A DNA stretch of 64,000 nt, taken from positions 15,877 to 79,876 of the forward strand of contig JAZSJI010000089.1 of assembly GCA_045534235.1 (NCBI GenBank), in the 5' to 3' direction. The DNA comes from Candidatus Flemingiibacterium sp. GTDB taxonomy: Bacteria; Bacillota; Clostridia; Oscillospirales; CAG-272. Positions 26,200 through 35,963 of this stretch are shown piece by piece; positions within the stretch are counted from its first letter, which is position 1, and each line of letters begins with the position of its first letter. A program made the position numbers and the translations under genes. The notes below the pieces were generated by a model. The model had not been told where the DNA came from, searched no databases, and saw nothing but the letters and a program-made list of their open reading frames with translations.

Positions 26200-27339
26200 A
26201 TGAAGATCTTTCATTTATCAGACCTGCACCTTGGAAAGCGGCTGTGCGAATACTCGCTTATAGAAGATCAAAAATATATACTCGAGCGCATACTCGACGC
26301 CGTCGAGCGCGAGCACCCCGACGTGCTTATTATCGCCGGCGATGTATACGATAAGCCCGTACCGTCCGCCGAGGCGGTGGCGCTGTTTGACAACTTTCTC
26401 TCTGCCCTTTCAGGTAAAAGCATTCCGACCTTCGTAATCAGCGGCAATCACGATTCGCCCGAGCGTATCGCCTTTGGCGCAAGCATTATGGGAGCAAGTC
26501 GCATATATATGTCACCCGTATTCGAGGGCGACGTTACTCCGATACGCCTATCCGACGAGCACGGCGACGTATGCTTCTACCTGCTTCCCTTCATCAAGCC
26601 GGCACACGTTCGCCGCGTATATCCCGACGATTTGTGCGACTCCTATACCGATGCACTCGCCATCGCAATATCGCATATGAACGTCGACGAGCGCACGCGA
26701 AACGTGCTTGTAACACACCAATTCGTTACCGGTGCTTCGCGTTCAGAATCAGAGGAGATCTCCGTCGGCGGCTCGGATAACGTGGATGCGAGCGTCTTCG
26801 AGCGCTTCGACTATACGGCACTCGGACACATACACGGCCCACAATCTATCTCGCGAGAGTGCGTACGCTACTGCGGCACGCCACTTAAATATTCATTTTC
26901 AGAGGCAGGGCATATAAAGTCTATAACCTCTGTAACGCTTGGCAAAAAGGGAGACGTCAGTATCGATACGCTTCCCCTCGTGCCACTTCGTGATCTTCGC
27001 GAGATACGCGGCAGCTTCGACGCGCTGACCTCGCCGTCGTACTACAGTAATGAAGCACGTGACGACTATCTTCATATCACGCTGACCGACGAGGAGGACG
27101 TCCCCGAGGCGCTTACGCGTCTGCGCAGCATCTACCCGAATCTTATGAAGCTCGACTACGACAACACGCGCACTCGCGCAAAAAGCACGTTCTCGCTTGA
27201 ATCAGAGCCTGAAAAGCGCTCCCCGATCCAGCTTTTCTGCGACTTTTTTGAAATACAGAACGGACGAGTACCCGACGATACACAGCGAGAATATTTATCC
27301 GCACTTATAGAAAAAATATGGGAGGGCGATGACAAATGA
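26200..27339 (+). CDS. sbcD: Exonuclease SbcCD, nuclease subunit SbcD (Mre11-like)
   Basis: Calcineurin-like phosphoesterase motifs: HLSDLHLG, IAGDVYD, ISGNHDS, and GHIHG in the stretch ALGHIHGPQ. Confidence 0.92.
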   Translation: MKIFHLSDLHLGKRLCEYSLIEDQKYILERILDAVEREHPDVLIIAGDVYDKPVPSAEAVALFDNFLSALSGKSIPTFVISGNHDSPERIAFGASIMGASRIYMSPVFEGDVTPIRLSDEHGDVCFYLLPFIKPAHVRRVYPDDLCDSYTDALAIAISHMNVDERTRNVLVTHQFVTGASRSESEEISVGGSDNVDASVFERFDYTALGHIHGPQSISRECVRYCGTPLKYSFSEAGHIKSITSVTLGKKGDVSIDTLPLVPLRDLREIRGSFDALTSPSYYSNEARDDYLHITLTDEEDVPEALTRLRSIYPNLMKLDYDNTRTRAKSTFSLESEPEKRSPIQLFCDFFEIQNGRVPDDTQREYLSALIEKIWEGDDK

Positions 27340-30086
27340 GACCGATAAAGCTTACAATGTCCGCCTTCGGACCTTACAGCGGTACTGTAACACTCGATAT
27401 GGACGCGCTCGGACACGACGGTCTGTATCTGATATGCGGAGACACGGGTGCCGGCAAAACTACAATATTCGATGCTATCACCTTTGCTCTCTACGGCGAG
27501 GCAAGCGGCTCAAGCCGCGACTCCTCCGAGCTCCGCTCGAAATCTGCCGATCCCGGCACGCCCACTTTCGTTGAGCTTGAGTTTCAGATAGGCTCGTCGT
27601 GCTACAAGGTTAAGCGAAGTCCCGAATATGAGCGTACGTCAAAGCGTGGCGGCGGTACTACCCGCCAGCCGGCAGAGGCAGAATTAACCCTTCCCGACGG
27701 AAGTATAGTTACGAAATACAAGGACGTCACCGAAGCGGTACGCGATATAATCGGACTTGATCGAACACAGTTTTCACAGATTGCAATGATAGCGCAGGGC
27801 GACTTTTTAAAGCTGCTCCTCGCACCGACAGACGAACGTATAAAAATTTTCCGTAAGCTATTCAAAACCGAGCGTTATCAAAAGCTGCAGGAAATGCTTA
27901 AGGCGGACTGTGCAAACGCAGAGCGCGAGTTCAGGCAGCTGTATGAGCGTGCGAATTATGCTATCTCCACGATCAAAGCGGACGGTAGCGAAAGTGAAGC
28001 AGAGCTTGTAAAATTAAAGGAAATAACACCCAAGCTTACCGAGATTATATCCTTCACCGAAAGCTTGATAGAGGCTGACAAAAGCCGTGAGTGCACATTA
28101 GGAGAAGGACTCTCCGCGCTCGACACCGTAATAACCGAGCTTTCACAAAGGCTTGGAGCCGCAAGAGAGCTCGAGGCAGACCGTTCAGAGCTTGAACGGG
28201 TAAACAAGCACATCGCAATAGATACGGCAATGCTTGAAGCACTGAATGCCGCTTGTAAGCGAGAGCAGGAGCGCACACCCGAGCGCGATGCACTTTCAAG
28301 TGAACTCACGCTTCTCACGGCATCGCTCCCCAAATATGATGCACTCGAAGCAATAAAGATCGAAATTGACAGCCTCGAAGGTAAAGTACGCTTTGATACA
28401 AACCGACTCGAAAATATCGCCCTCACACAAAAAGCAGACCGTGCGCACCTTGAGGCTCTCAGCACAGAAGCGCAGACGCTTTACGGAGCAGGCGAAAAGC
28501 GTGAACGCCTTGAGGCCGAGCGAACGTCCTATTCCTCGCGGCTGGAAGCCCTCAAATCGCTCTACGACGATATAAAAAAGCTTAACACGCTAAAAGCATC
28601 GCACAAAGAGGCGCAGGAGAAATATGCGTTCGCGGCAAAGCAGTACACGATGATGTCGGATGAATATGCGAAGGTAAGTATTCGTTTTCTCGACGAGCAA
28701 GCAGGCGTGCTCGCAGCCACGCTTGAAGACGGTGAGCCCTGCCCCGTTTGCGGCTCAGTTACGCACCCAAGTCCCGCAAAGCTCACCACGCTGAATTTGA
28801 GTCGCGAGCTGCTTGACTCAATGAAGTCGAAGTGCGATGACAAGGAAGCGCAGGCTAAAGCGTACAGTGCCGATGCCGCAGCGCTTAAGGGACAGCTCGA
28901 CGCTATAGACGATGCCGCAAAAAAAGCTGCCCAAAAGCTCGAGGTTACGTATACCGATACCAACGTCGTGCAGGAAATACAGCTTTGCAATACGGCTATC
29001 ACCTCGCTTGTCAGCGAGATCGAGGCCGAAAACAAGCGTGTAGCGCGCCGCGATGAGCTCGCCATCCTTATCCCTGATCTTACCGCAAATATAGCGCACA
29101 ACGATGAGATACTGAATTGTGACGGACAAAAGCTTACAGCCGCCAAAAGCCGCCTTGAGGCACTGCGTGAGAGCCTTGAGCGCGCCGCCGCAGAACTCCC
29201 CTCCCCCACAAAGCAGGCAGCAAATACACAAATTGCCGAACTTACATCTCGCCTAAAGCAGATGACCGACGCACTTGAGCGCGTCGAAAAGGAGCTTCGC
29301 GAATGCAGTGAGCGTCTGTCAGGTCAAAGAGATCTCGCCGCGCATCTTACCAAAAAGCTTGAGGCCTCTCCGACGGTCGATACCGCTGCGCTTGAAGCGG
29401 AGCTTTCTGTGAGGAACGCGGAAAAGCGCACGGTCGCGGATAACGTTACCGAGGTAAGCGTTCGTATAGACGTTAACTCGCGCGTGCTCGCCGAGCTTTC
29501 AACGCTCGCAGAAGAATCCCAAGAGGCAGAGCAAAAGCTCAAACGCCTTCGTGCGCTGTCAGCAACAGCCAACGGTAATCTCACAGGCAAGGAAAAGGTT
29601 ATGCTTGAAACGTATATACAGATGACCTTCTTTGACCGAATTATCGAACGCGCAAACATTCGCCTTCGCCGAATGACCGACGAGCAATACAACCTTAAAC
29701 GCCGCAGAGTTGCGGATAATAACCGTGCGCAAAGCGGACTCGAACTTGACGTTATCGACCATTATCACGGCAACGAGCGAAGCGTCAGAACTCTGTCTGG
29801 CGGTGAATCGTTCAAGGCTTCTCTTGCATTGGCACTCGGTCTTTCAGAGGAGATACAGTCATCGTCGGGCGGTATCAAGCTTGACACGATGTTTGTTGAC
29901 GAGGGCTTTGGTTCACTCGACGACGAATCGCTTCGTGCAGCCATAGATACGCTTGTGGGGCTCTCGGGCGGCGGAAGGCTCGTGGGCATAATCTCACACG
30001 TCTCCGAGCTTAAGGGCATCATTGACAAGAAGATAGTCGTTACGAAAGCTCGTAACGGCTCAAGCGAGGCAAAAATCATCATATGA
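27336..30086 (+). CDS. sbcC: Exonuclease SbcCD, ATPase subunit SbcC (Rad50-like)
   Basis: ATGA overlap with sbcD. Walker A GDTGAGKTT, a long coiled coil with the central zinc hook CPVCGS, the signature LSGGESF, and Walker B MFVDEGFGSLD. Confidence 0.93.
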   Translation: MRPIKLTMSAFGPYSGTVTLDMDALGHDGLYLICGDTGAGKTTIFDAITFALYGEASGSSRDSSELRSKSADPGTPTFVELEFQIGSSCYKVKRSPEYERTSKRGGGTTRQPAEAELTLPDGSIVTKYKDVTEAVRDIIGLDRTQFSQIAMIAQGDFLKLLLAPTDERIKIFRKLFKTERYQKLQEMLKADCANAEREFRQLYERANYAISTIKADGSESEAELVKLKEITPKLTEIISFTESLIEADKSRECTLGEGLSALDTVITELSQRLGAARELEADRSELERVNKHIAIDTAMLEALNAACKREQERTPERDALSSELTLLTASLPKYDALEAIKIEIDSLEGKVRFDTNRLENIALTQKADRAHLEALSTEAQTLYGAGEKRERLEAERTSYSSRLEALKSLYDDIKKLNTLKASHKEAQEKYAFAAKQYTMMSDEYAKVSIRFLDEQAGVLAATLEDGEPCPVCGSVTHPSPAKLTTLNLSRELLDSMKSKCDDKEAQAKAYSADAAALKGQLDAIDDAAKKAAQKLEVTYTDTNVVQEIQLCNTAITSLVSEIEAENKRVARRDELAILIPDLTANIAHNDEILNCDGQKLTAAKSRLEALRESLERAAAELPSPTKQAANTQIAELTSRLKQMTDALERVEKELRECSERLSGQRDLAAHLTKKLEASPTVDTAALEAELSVRNAEKRTVADNVTEVSVRIDVNSRVLAELSTLAEESQEAEQKLKRLRALSATANGNLTGKEKVMLETYIQMTFFDRIIERANIRLRRMTDEQYNLKRRRVADNNRAQSGLELDVIDHYHGNERSVRTLSGGESFKASLALALGLSEEIQSSSGGIKLDTMFVDEGFGSLDDESLRAAIDTLVGLSGGGRLVGIISHVSELKGIIDKKIVVTKARNGSSEAKIII

Positions 30087-30124
30087 GAAAAGGAGCAGTT
30101 CGGGAGAACTGCTCCATCTTTATT
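30087..30124. terminator. Bidirectional terminator after sbcC and the regulator gene
   Basis: Stem ggagcagttc/gaactgctcc with a GGGA loop. Confidence 0.75.
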
Positions 30125-31211
30125 GATCTGAAGTTTCGCGGCGTTTTTTGCGTCTTACGCGGTTGATGTGCCGCTCGAAATCACCGCTCGTTATCAGCCT
30201 TGCTAAAACAAGCTGTACGAACGTCGGCACCGTGCAGGAATAAAATCCAAGCTTCTTCTCAAATGCCGCCGCAATGCTTTTCGGCAAAACCATATACGCC
30301 GTACGAAGCGAGGGAGAAACGGTTTTTGAGAAGGTATTCATATAGATGACGTTATCGTCCTCGGTATGCGAGAAAAGCGTTTCCTCGGGCTTTTTTGATA
30401 CCGAAAACTCCGATTCAAAATCGTCCTCGATAATGTATCTGTCGGACGTGCTCGCCCAGCGCAGGTACTCGTGACGCTTTGATGCGCTCGCCGACACTCC
30501 GCTCGGGAAGCTTCTGTACGGCGATATATGCAAAACGTCAGCATAGGTTTTATGAAGTGCCGTGCTTTCGATGCCGTCATTGCCAAGGGGAAGCATCTCA
30601 TAGCGTACGTCTGCGGCGCGGTAAACCTCCTCTATCTTCTTATATGAAGGCGACTCGATAGCGTACACGCGCTCGCGGCCGAAAAACTCAACAATAATGC
30701 TGTAAAGATATTCCGATCCCGAGCCGATGATTATCTGATCTCTATGTGCAAAAACGCCTCGACTTCGCGCAAGATACTGCCGCACTGCATCACGAAGCTC
30801 ATCACATCCAAAGCTTGGCGATCTTGCAAGTATGCCTTCGCTGTAATCGTTCATAACGGCGCGCATCGTTTTTGAAAAGACGGAAAACGGAAACTGTGCC
30901 GACTGTGCGCTTTCCTTTTTGAGTGTACTTCGCGAATATTCCACCGTAGAATGGCTTGCAAATCCGTCGTCAGTGCGAAATACAACAAAGTATCCGCTTC
31001 GCTCACGCGCTTCAACGTATCCCTCGTCGCACAGCAGAGCGTACGCGTGCTCTGCGGTTATAACGCTCGTTCCCGTTTCCTCTGCGATTACACGCTTTGA
31101 TGGCAGCTTCGTTCCGTACGGATACATACCGCCGACTATATCGTCACGAAACTGTCGATAAAGCTGTAAATACGCGGAAACGCTTAGGTCTTTTTCTACT
31201 GTATATTTCAT
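30120..31211 (-). CDS. MocR/PdxR-like GntR-family regulator with an aminotransferase-fold domain (short form, 363 aa)
   Basis: N-terminal winged HTH (LPSKRVIAEETGTSVITAEHAYALLCDEGYVEARERSGYFV) plus a fold-type-I domain with the PLP-lysine motif NTFSKTVSPSLRTAY. It is divergent from pdxK. Confidence 0.8.
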   Translation of the reverse strand: MKYTVEKDLSVSAYLQLYRQFRDDIVGGMYPYGTKLPSKRVIAEETGTSVITAEHAYALLCDEGYVEARERSGYFVVFRTDDGFASHSTVEYSRSTLKKESAQSAQFPFSVFSKTMRAVMNDYSEGILARSPSFGCDELRDAVRQYLARSRGVFAHRDQIIIGSGSEYLYSIIVEFFGRERVYAIESPSYKKIEEVYRAADVRYEMLPLGNDGIESTALHKTYADVLHISPYRSFPSGVSASASKRHEYLRWASTSDRYIIEDDFESEFSVSKKPEETLFSHTEDDNVIYMNTFSKTVSPSLRTAYMVLPKSIAAAFEKKLGFYSCTVPTFVQLVLARLITSGDFERHINRVRRKKRRETSDQ

Positions 31212-31305
31212 CTGGTTATATTAAATTCTCCCGTTTTGATTATTTTCATATATCCAAACATATTATATAATACTTTTTAGAAAAAATCAATAGAAGGAAT
31301 AAAAA

Positions 31306-32136
31306 ATGCCACACAATCATCAGAAAAAGATAGCGGTCATTAACGATTTCTGCGGTTTCGGACGCTGTTCACTCGCCGTATCGATACCGATAATCTCCGC
31401 TATGAAAATACAGTGTTGTGCCCTTCCAACGTCAATATTTTCAAACCACACGGGCTTTGACAGCTTCTATTTCACGGATTTCACCGAGCATATGAACGCA
31501 TATGCCGCCGAGTGGAAAAAGCTTGATCTCAAATTTAACGGCATACTTACGGGATTTCTCGGATCGCCCGAGCAGATCGAGATAGTAACGCGCTTTTTGG
31601 AGCATTTCAAGAACGACGGCACCGTCACCGTAATCGACCCTGTAATGGGCGATAACGGCAGTCTTTACCCGACGTATTCGCCGCTTCTCGCAAAGAAAAT
31701 GCGCGAGCTCGCCGCAAAAGCCGATATATTAACGCCAAATCTCACAGAAGCGTGCATACTCACCGATACTCCGTACCGCACGGACATAAGCGAGCGTGAG
31801 CTTCTCACCATATGCGAAGAGCTTGGCGCGATGGGCCCCAAAAAAATTGTAATCTCCGGTCTTGAGCGCGGAGATGACCTTGAGAATTTTATCTGGTCTA
31901 AAGGGCACGCGCCGACGGTAATCCGCGAGCATAAGGTAGGCCCCTGCCGCTCCGGCACGGGCGACGTTTTCTCGTCTATGATAATAGCTAACGCAGTAAA
32001 AGGCGTTGATTTTGCAGAATCTGTCCGCCTCGCCTCTGCTTTTATAGCAAAGGTACTGCGCCGTACGCTTGAGCTTGATCTTCCCGGCACAGACGGAATT
32101 TGCTTTGAAGAATACCTATCGGAGATAAACGGTTAA
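31306..32136 (+). CDS. pdxK: Pyridoxal/pyridoxamine kinase
   Basis: Ribokinase-fold PdxK pattern: GFGRCSLAVSIPIISAM, DPVMGDNG, LTPNLTEA and the GTGD anion hole. Confidence 0.85.
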   Translation: MPHNHQKKIAVINDFCGFGRCSLAVSIPIISAMKIQCCALPTSIFSNHTGFDSFYFTDFTEHMNAYAAEWKKLDLKFNGILTGFLGSPEQIEIVTRFLEHFKNDGTVTVIDPVMGDNGSLYPTYSPLLAKKMRELAAKADILTPNLTEACILTDTPYRTDISERELLTICEELGAMGPKKIVISGLERGDDLENFIWSKGHAPTVIREHKVGPCRSGTGDVFSSMIIANAVKGVDFAESVRLASAFIAKVLRRTLELDLPGTDGICFEEYLSEING

Positions 32137-32141
32137 CTGCT

Positions 32142-32636
32142 ATGAAAAACAAAATCAAACTTATGTGCCTTACGGGAATATTTACCGCGCTGATATTCAC
32201 ATTCACGGCGTACGTTCATATTCCAAGTCATACTGGTTATACACATATCGGCGACGGCTTTATATATCTCGCCGCGTGTCTTTTACCTCTGCCGTATGCT
32301 GTATTTGCAGGCTCTGTCGGCGCAATGCTCGCCGATCTGTTCACGGGATACGCTATATGGGCGCCCGCCACCGTAATAATAAAGGCAGCATCTGTTATTT
32401 TCTTTTCTCGCAGACAAAAAATTTTCAGCGCCCGAAATCTGAGCGCACTTTTACCTGCAAGCCTTGTGTGCATTGGCGGATATTATTTGTACGAGGTAAT
32501 AATAACAGGAAATTTCCTCGCGCCGCTTGCAGGTGTTCCGGGATACGTCACGCAGTCTGTCTTAAGTAGTGCCGTCTTCGTCATCCTTGGATTGATTTTT
32601 CACAAGACGAAGCTTCACGACCAATTTTCAAAATAA
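32142..32636 (+). CDS. ECF transporter S component (probable vitamin B6 vitamer specificity, inferred from context)
   Basis: 164-aa 5-6 TM protein with an S-component-like pattern (IPSHTGYTHIGDGFIYLAA...). It lies 5 nt downstream of pdxK. Confidence 0.7.
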   Translation: MKNKIKLMCLTGIFTALIFTFTAYVHIPSHTGYTHIGDGFIYLAACLLPLPYAVFAGSVGAMLADLFTGYAIWAPATVIIKAASVIFFSRRQKIFSARNLSALLPASLVCIGGYYLYEVIITGNFLAPLAGVPGYVTQSVLSSAVFVILGLIFHKTKLHDQFSK

Positions 32637-32639
32637 CAC

Positions 32640-32680
32640 AAAACGAGCCTTACGGAATCACCGTAAGGCTCGCGTTTTAT
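32640..32680. terminator. Bidirectional terminator
   Basis: 12-bp stem cgagccttacgg/ccgtaaggctcg followed by CGTTTTATT. Confidence 0.8.
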
Positions 32681-32687
32681 TATTGGA

Positions 32688-33812
32688 TTATTCTATTGCA
32701 ATTTCCATATCTACGGGCTCTTCGTCCTCTGTATCAAGGCTTTCTACCACGTTTCCGTTTTCAGCGATGAATGCAGGAATGATCTCCTGGAAGAGCATAT
32801 ACTGCTTGATATAGGGCTTGCCCATCTCTGCAACGTACTGAGTGTATCCCGCCGCCTCGATCTGTTCATCGGTTACGGTGAGCTTTTCTGCCTCGGCGAT
32901 TGCCTGCGCTGCAAGGTAAAGACCTGCATCAGCGGTATAGGTTTCCATATTCTGCTCGATATAAGCGTCCTTACTTTCGACAGAGTAGTACGTAGCGAGG
33001 TAATCCTCAATGCTCATACCGTACATAGTAGCATAATACTCTATGTTCGACATATCAAGGTCGATAATGTAGTTGAGTGCTGCCTCGGGAACCTCGGAAA
33101 CCTCTGCCTTATCGAGCAGATCGGTAAAGAAGTAGAAGCGAGCGCTGGAAACGAGCCATTCCTTAATATCTGCAACAAGCTCATCAGCAGTAGTAAAGCC
33201 GTAATCAGCGGCAATCTCGTCGGTAAGCTCCGCCTTTATAACGTCGCCGTGAATGTGATTTATAGTGATGCTGAAGGTAGCGTCCTTGCCGTTAAGCTCC
33301 TCGTTACCGTAATCCTCGGGGAATGTTACCTCAATGTCAAACTTTTCGCCTGCAGCGTGACCGATAAGCTGCTCAAGGAAATCGTCGATATAATTGGTAA
33401 CGCCGATAGTTACGTCAGTGCCAAGACCGCCCGTGTTGCCGCCGTCAAACTCAATGCCGTTGATGTATCCAACGTAGTCGATGTTAACGGTGTCGCCGTC
33501 CTTGATAAGAACGGTGGGGTCAGTAACCTCAACGTAGCTGTCGTACTGTGCGAGAACGTCGCCAAGCTGCTTCTGAAGGTCTTCCTCGGAAGCCTCGACC
33601 ATGTTTCTCGTAACGTCAACGCCCTTGTACTCGGGAAGGGTTACGTAGTCAAGCGCGCGCACGCCCTCGAAGTAGCCGTTTTCATCAAGGCCCTTGCTGT
33701 ACGGCGGAATCTCCGTCGTTGTGTCACCGTTATTTCCGCCACAGGACACGAGAGTTGCTCCAAGCATGGCGCCTGCCAAAAGGAGCGCTAAAAATTTGCT
33801 TTTCTTGTTCAT
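32688..33812 (-). CDS. Trigger-factor-like FKBP-type peptidyl-prolyl isomerase lipoprotein
   Basis: Lipoprotein signal MNKKSKFLALLLAGAMLGATLVSC. A TF-type PPIase block (KDGDTVNIDYVGYINGIEFDGGNTGG...GEKFDIEVTFPEDYGNEELNGKDATF) is followed by a TF C-terminal-like helical domain. No ribosome-binding N-domain. Confidence 0.75.
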   Translation of the reverse strand: MNKKSKFLALLLAGAMLGATLVSCGGNNGDTTTEIPPYSKGLDENGYFEGVRALDYVTLPEYKGVDVTRNMVEASEEDLQKQLGDVLAQYDSYVEVTDPTVLIKDGDTVNIDYVGYINGIEFDGGNTGGLGTDVTIGVTNYIDDFLEQLIGHAAGEKFDIEVTFPEDYGNEELNGKDATFSITINHIHGDVIKAELTDEIAADYGFTTADELVADIKEWLVSSARFYFFTDLLDKAEVSEVPEAALNYIIDLDMSNIEYYATMYGMSIEDYLATYYSVESKDAYIEQNMETYTADAGLYLAAQAIAEAEKLTVTDEQIEAAGYTQYVAEMGKPYIKQYMLFQEIIPAFIAENGNVVESLDTEDEEPVDMEIAIE

Positions 33813-33869
33813 TGGTATTCTCCATTTCTTGCTTTCGCAATTTATTTTTTTATATTTCCCACCTGCATA

Positions 33870-34751
33870 TCAGACTGCAGGATAATAGGGCCTTGTTAAA
33901 TGTGCAGTGATACCTTGCTTTTTAAGTGTATCCACCGCTAATCGAGCAGTTCTTTCGTCTGCAAATACGCCAAATACTGACGGTCCGCTTCCACTCATCA
34001 TAGCCTTGAGCGCTCCGGTACTTGACAGCGTGTCGCGTATACTCCGCGCGAGCTCACGCTCGGGAAGCACTACCGACTCAAAAATATTCGTCATTTCCGA
34101 TGCCGCGAGAGCAATATCGCCACTACCAAGCGCGCTTACAAATTTGTCCGAGGACACGTCACGCGTGCCGTAGTCGTACATCTCATCGAGCATGCCGTAT
34201 GCCCACGGCGTAGACACGCCCTCGCCCGCGCACGCGATAACGATAAAGCAGTCGGGCATCATCGCGCAGGGCAAGCATATCTCGCCGATTCCACGCGTTA
34301 CGGCTATTCCCTGTCGCACGCAAAACGGTACGTCCGCGCCGATACGCGCTCCAAGCGCGCATAGCTCGTCAGTGGATAGCTCGGCACCGTAAAGTTTATT
34401 TAGTGCAAGCAGCGTGGTCGCTGCGTCAGAGCTTCCGCCGCCAAGTCCTGCCGCCATAGGTATACGCTTTTCCAGGCATACCGTGACATCGGTTTCGTCC
34501 GCTCCCGTATGCTCAAAAAATAGCCTTGCCGCGCGACAGATGAGATTTTTCTCATCAAGCGGCACCCGCTTGTCATCGCACTCGAGAATTATTCCGCGCG
34601 AGTCACGCTCACGTCTTGTGAAGGTGAGCATATCAAAGAGGTCTACCGTTTGCATAACGCTTTCGATATTGTGATAGCCGTCCGCGCGGCGTGAGGTCAC
34701 CTCGAGAAAAAGGTTTATCTTCGCGGGTGCGTTTAACTTGATTTCGGTCAT
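33870..34751 (-). CDS. ispE: 4-diphosphocytidyl-2-C-methyl-D-erythritol kinase
   Basis: KINLFLEV...RADGYHNIESV and the GHMP kinase loop PMAAGLGGGSSDAA. The ATG at 34751 lies 8 nt after GGAGGG; an alternative GTG at 34760 overlaps the upstream stop. Confidence 0.9.
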   Translation of the reverse strand: MTEIKLNAPAKINLFLEVTSRRADGYHNIESVMQTVDLFDMLTFTRRERDSRGIILECDDKRVPLDEKNLICRAARLFFEHTGADETDVTVCLEKRIPMAAGLGGGSSDAATTLLALNKLYGAELSTDELCALGARIGADVPFCVRQGIAVTRGIGEICLPCAMMPDCFIVIACAGEGVSTPWAYGMLDEMYDYGTRDVSSDKFVSALGSGDIALAASEMTNIFESVVLPERELARSIRDTLSSTGALKAMMSGSGPSVFGVFADERTARLAVDTLKKQGITAHLTRPYYPAV

Positions 34752-34756
34752 ATCCG

Positions 34757-35947
34757 TCACCCTCCGATAAGCTTGATAATAGGATTTTTCTTTATTTTTA
34801 CCGCCTTAAATGGACAAAGCTCCTGACAGCAGTAGCACTTAATGCAGTCAGCGTCGATAATGTACGCCTGCCGCTTACCGTTTGGCAGCACGTGCATCTC
34901 GATAGTATGTCTGGGACAGCTTCGCTCGCACTCACCGCATCCGACGCACGTCTTTTTGTTTATCACGGGACGCGGCTGTAGCCAAGTGTTAAGCCTGCCA
35001 CCGAACATCGTCGGAAGCTTTGCAAGGAGTCGGCTCGCGCGGCGTCCTCCGCCCGTGTCGGGCTTTTTGAAATCGGTTACCGCGAAATTTTCTATCGGCT
35101 CGTCCGAAATCAGCGTTACGTCCTCGGCACGCTTTGCTCCAAGTCCACGCCGTGCCCCCTCATCGAGCATTATTATGCCTTCGGCACCAATGATTTTGGC
35201 GCCTACATTATCAACTGTAAACGGGTTTACGCCCGATATAAGACATTCAATCTTTCGCGGGTTTCCGCCCGTCGGGCCGTTGCCCTCCATAGCGAGAATA
35301 CCGTCGAGCACGTTAAACGTCGGCTTACTGTAAAGGTGCATCTCACAAAGGTCAACGAGCATCGAGCCAAAATCGTTATAGTCGGGAAAACGTGCGTGCA
35401 TTTCAAATTTCGTGACACCCGGTACGGTGCCGAAATAGTTTTTGACAGCTCCGCTGTAGCCTGTCAGAGCGTGGCTTTTAAGCTTTGCAAGGTTTACTAT
35501 TACGTCAGAGTCGAGTATCGGCGTGATTATCGAAAACATCTTTGATGTCTTTGCCCTCGGAGCCTCCACGTCACTTGAGGTAACATCGAAATTCAACCTG
35601 ACGCCGTATTTTTCGGCTATCGCGGTAATACCGCAGCCCTTATACGTCGCCGAAAGCGTTTGAGGTGTATAAAAGCCTCCGGGACTTTCCGCTATTACTA
35701 TATCCCTTGCGCTGTCCTTAAGTATACGAATCACCGCCTCAAGCACAGCCGGATGCGTAGTTGCCGCCGCCTCGGGACTTTTTTTCATAACAAGGTTTGG
35801 CTTTATCGCAACTATCTTATTTTCAAACATATGCGCTATTCCGAGCCGTGAAATCTGCGAGCGAAGCACGCTCTCGACAATCTCCACGTCGTACGAGCCC
35901 ACACGGTCAAGCGCGACGGGTGTGCTTTTGTCAATATTAAATTCCAT
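34757..35947 (-). CDS. DUF362-family protein with a C-terminal 2x[4Fe-4S] ferredoxin domain
   Basis: VAIKPNLV motif and a DUF362-like body. C-terminal CVGCGECERSCP and CIKCYCCQELCP clusters. Start set at the second ATG (35947) by RBS spacing. Confidence 0.75.
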   Translation of the reverse strand: MEFNIDKSTPVALDRVGSYDVEIVESVLRSQISRLGIAHMFENKIVAIKPNLVMKKSPEAAATTHPAVLEAVIRILKDSARDIVIAESPGGFYTPQTLSATYKGCGITAIAEKYGVRLNFDVTSSDVEAPRAKTSKMFSIITPILDSDVIVNLAKLKSHALTGYSGAVKNYFGTVPGVTKFEMHARFPDYNDFGSMLVDLCEMHLYSKPTFNVLDGILAMEGNGPTGGNPRKIECLISGVNPFTVDNVGAKIIGAEGIIMLDEGARRGLGAKRAEDVTLISDEPIENFAVTDFKKPDTGGGRRASRLLAKLPTMFGGRLNTWLQPRPVINKKTCVGCGECERSCPRHTIEMHVLPNGKRQAYIIDADCIKCYCCQELCPFKAVKIKKNPIIKLIGG

Positions 35948-35963
35948 ACCCATCGCTCCTTTG

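Noticed and set aside
25868-26200. Possible genomic island or prophage integrated at tRNA-Glu.
   Set aside because: The direct repeat of the tRNA 3' end is real, but only ~165 bp lie between the copies. No integrase, excisionase or phage gene is present. The next genes, sbcCD, are ordinary chromosomal genes. It is reported only as a scar or hotspot.
26085-26354. An 89-aa ORF spanning the tRNA-scar region and the start of sbcD.
   Set aside because: It is Arg/Ala-rich with no RBS. It overlaps the sbcD promoter and the first 50 codons of sbcD in another frame.
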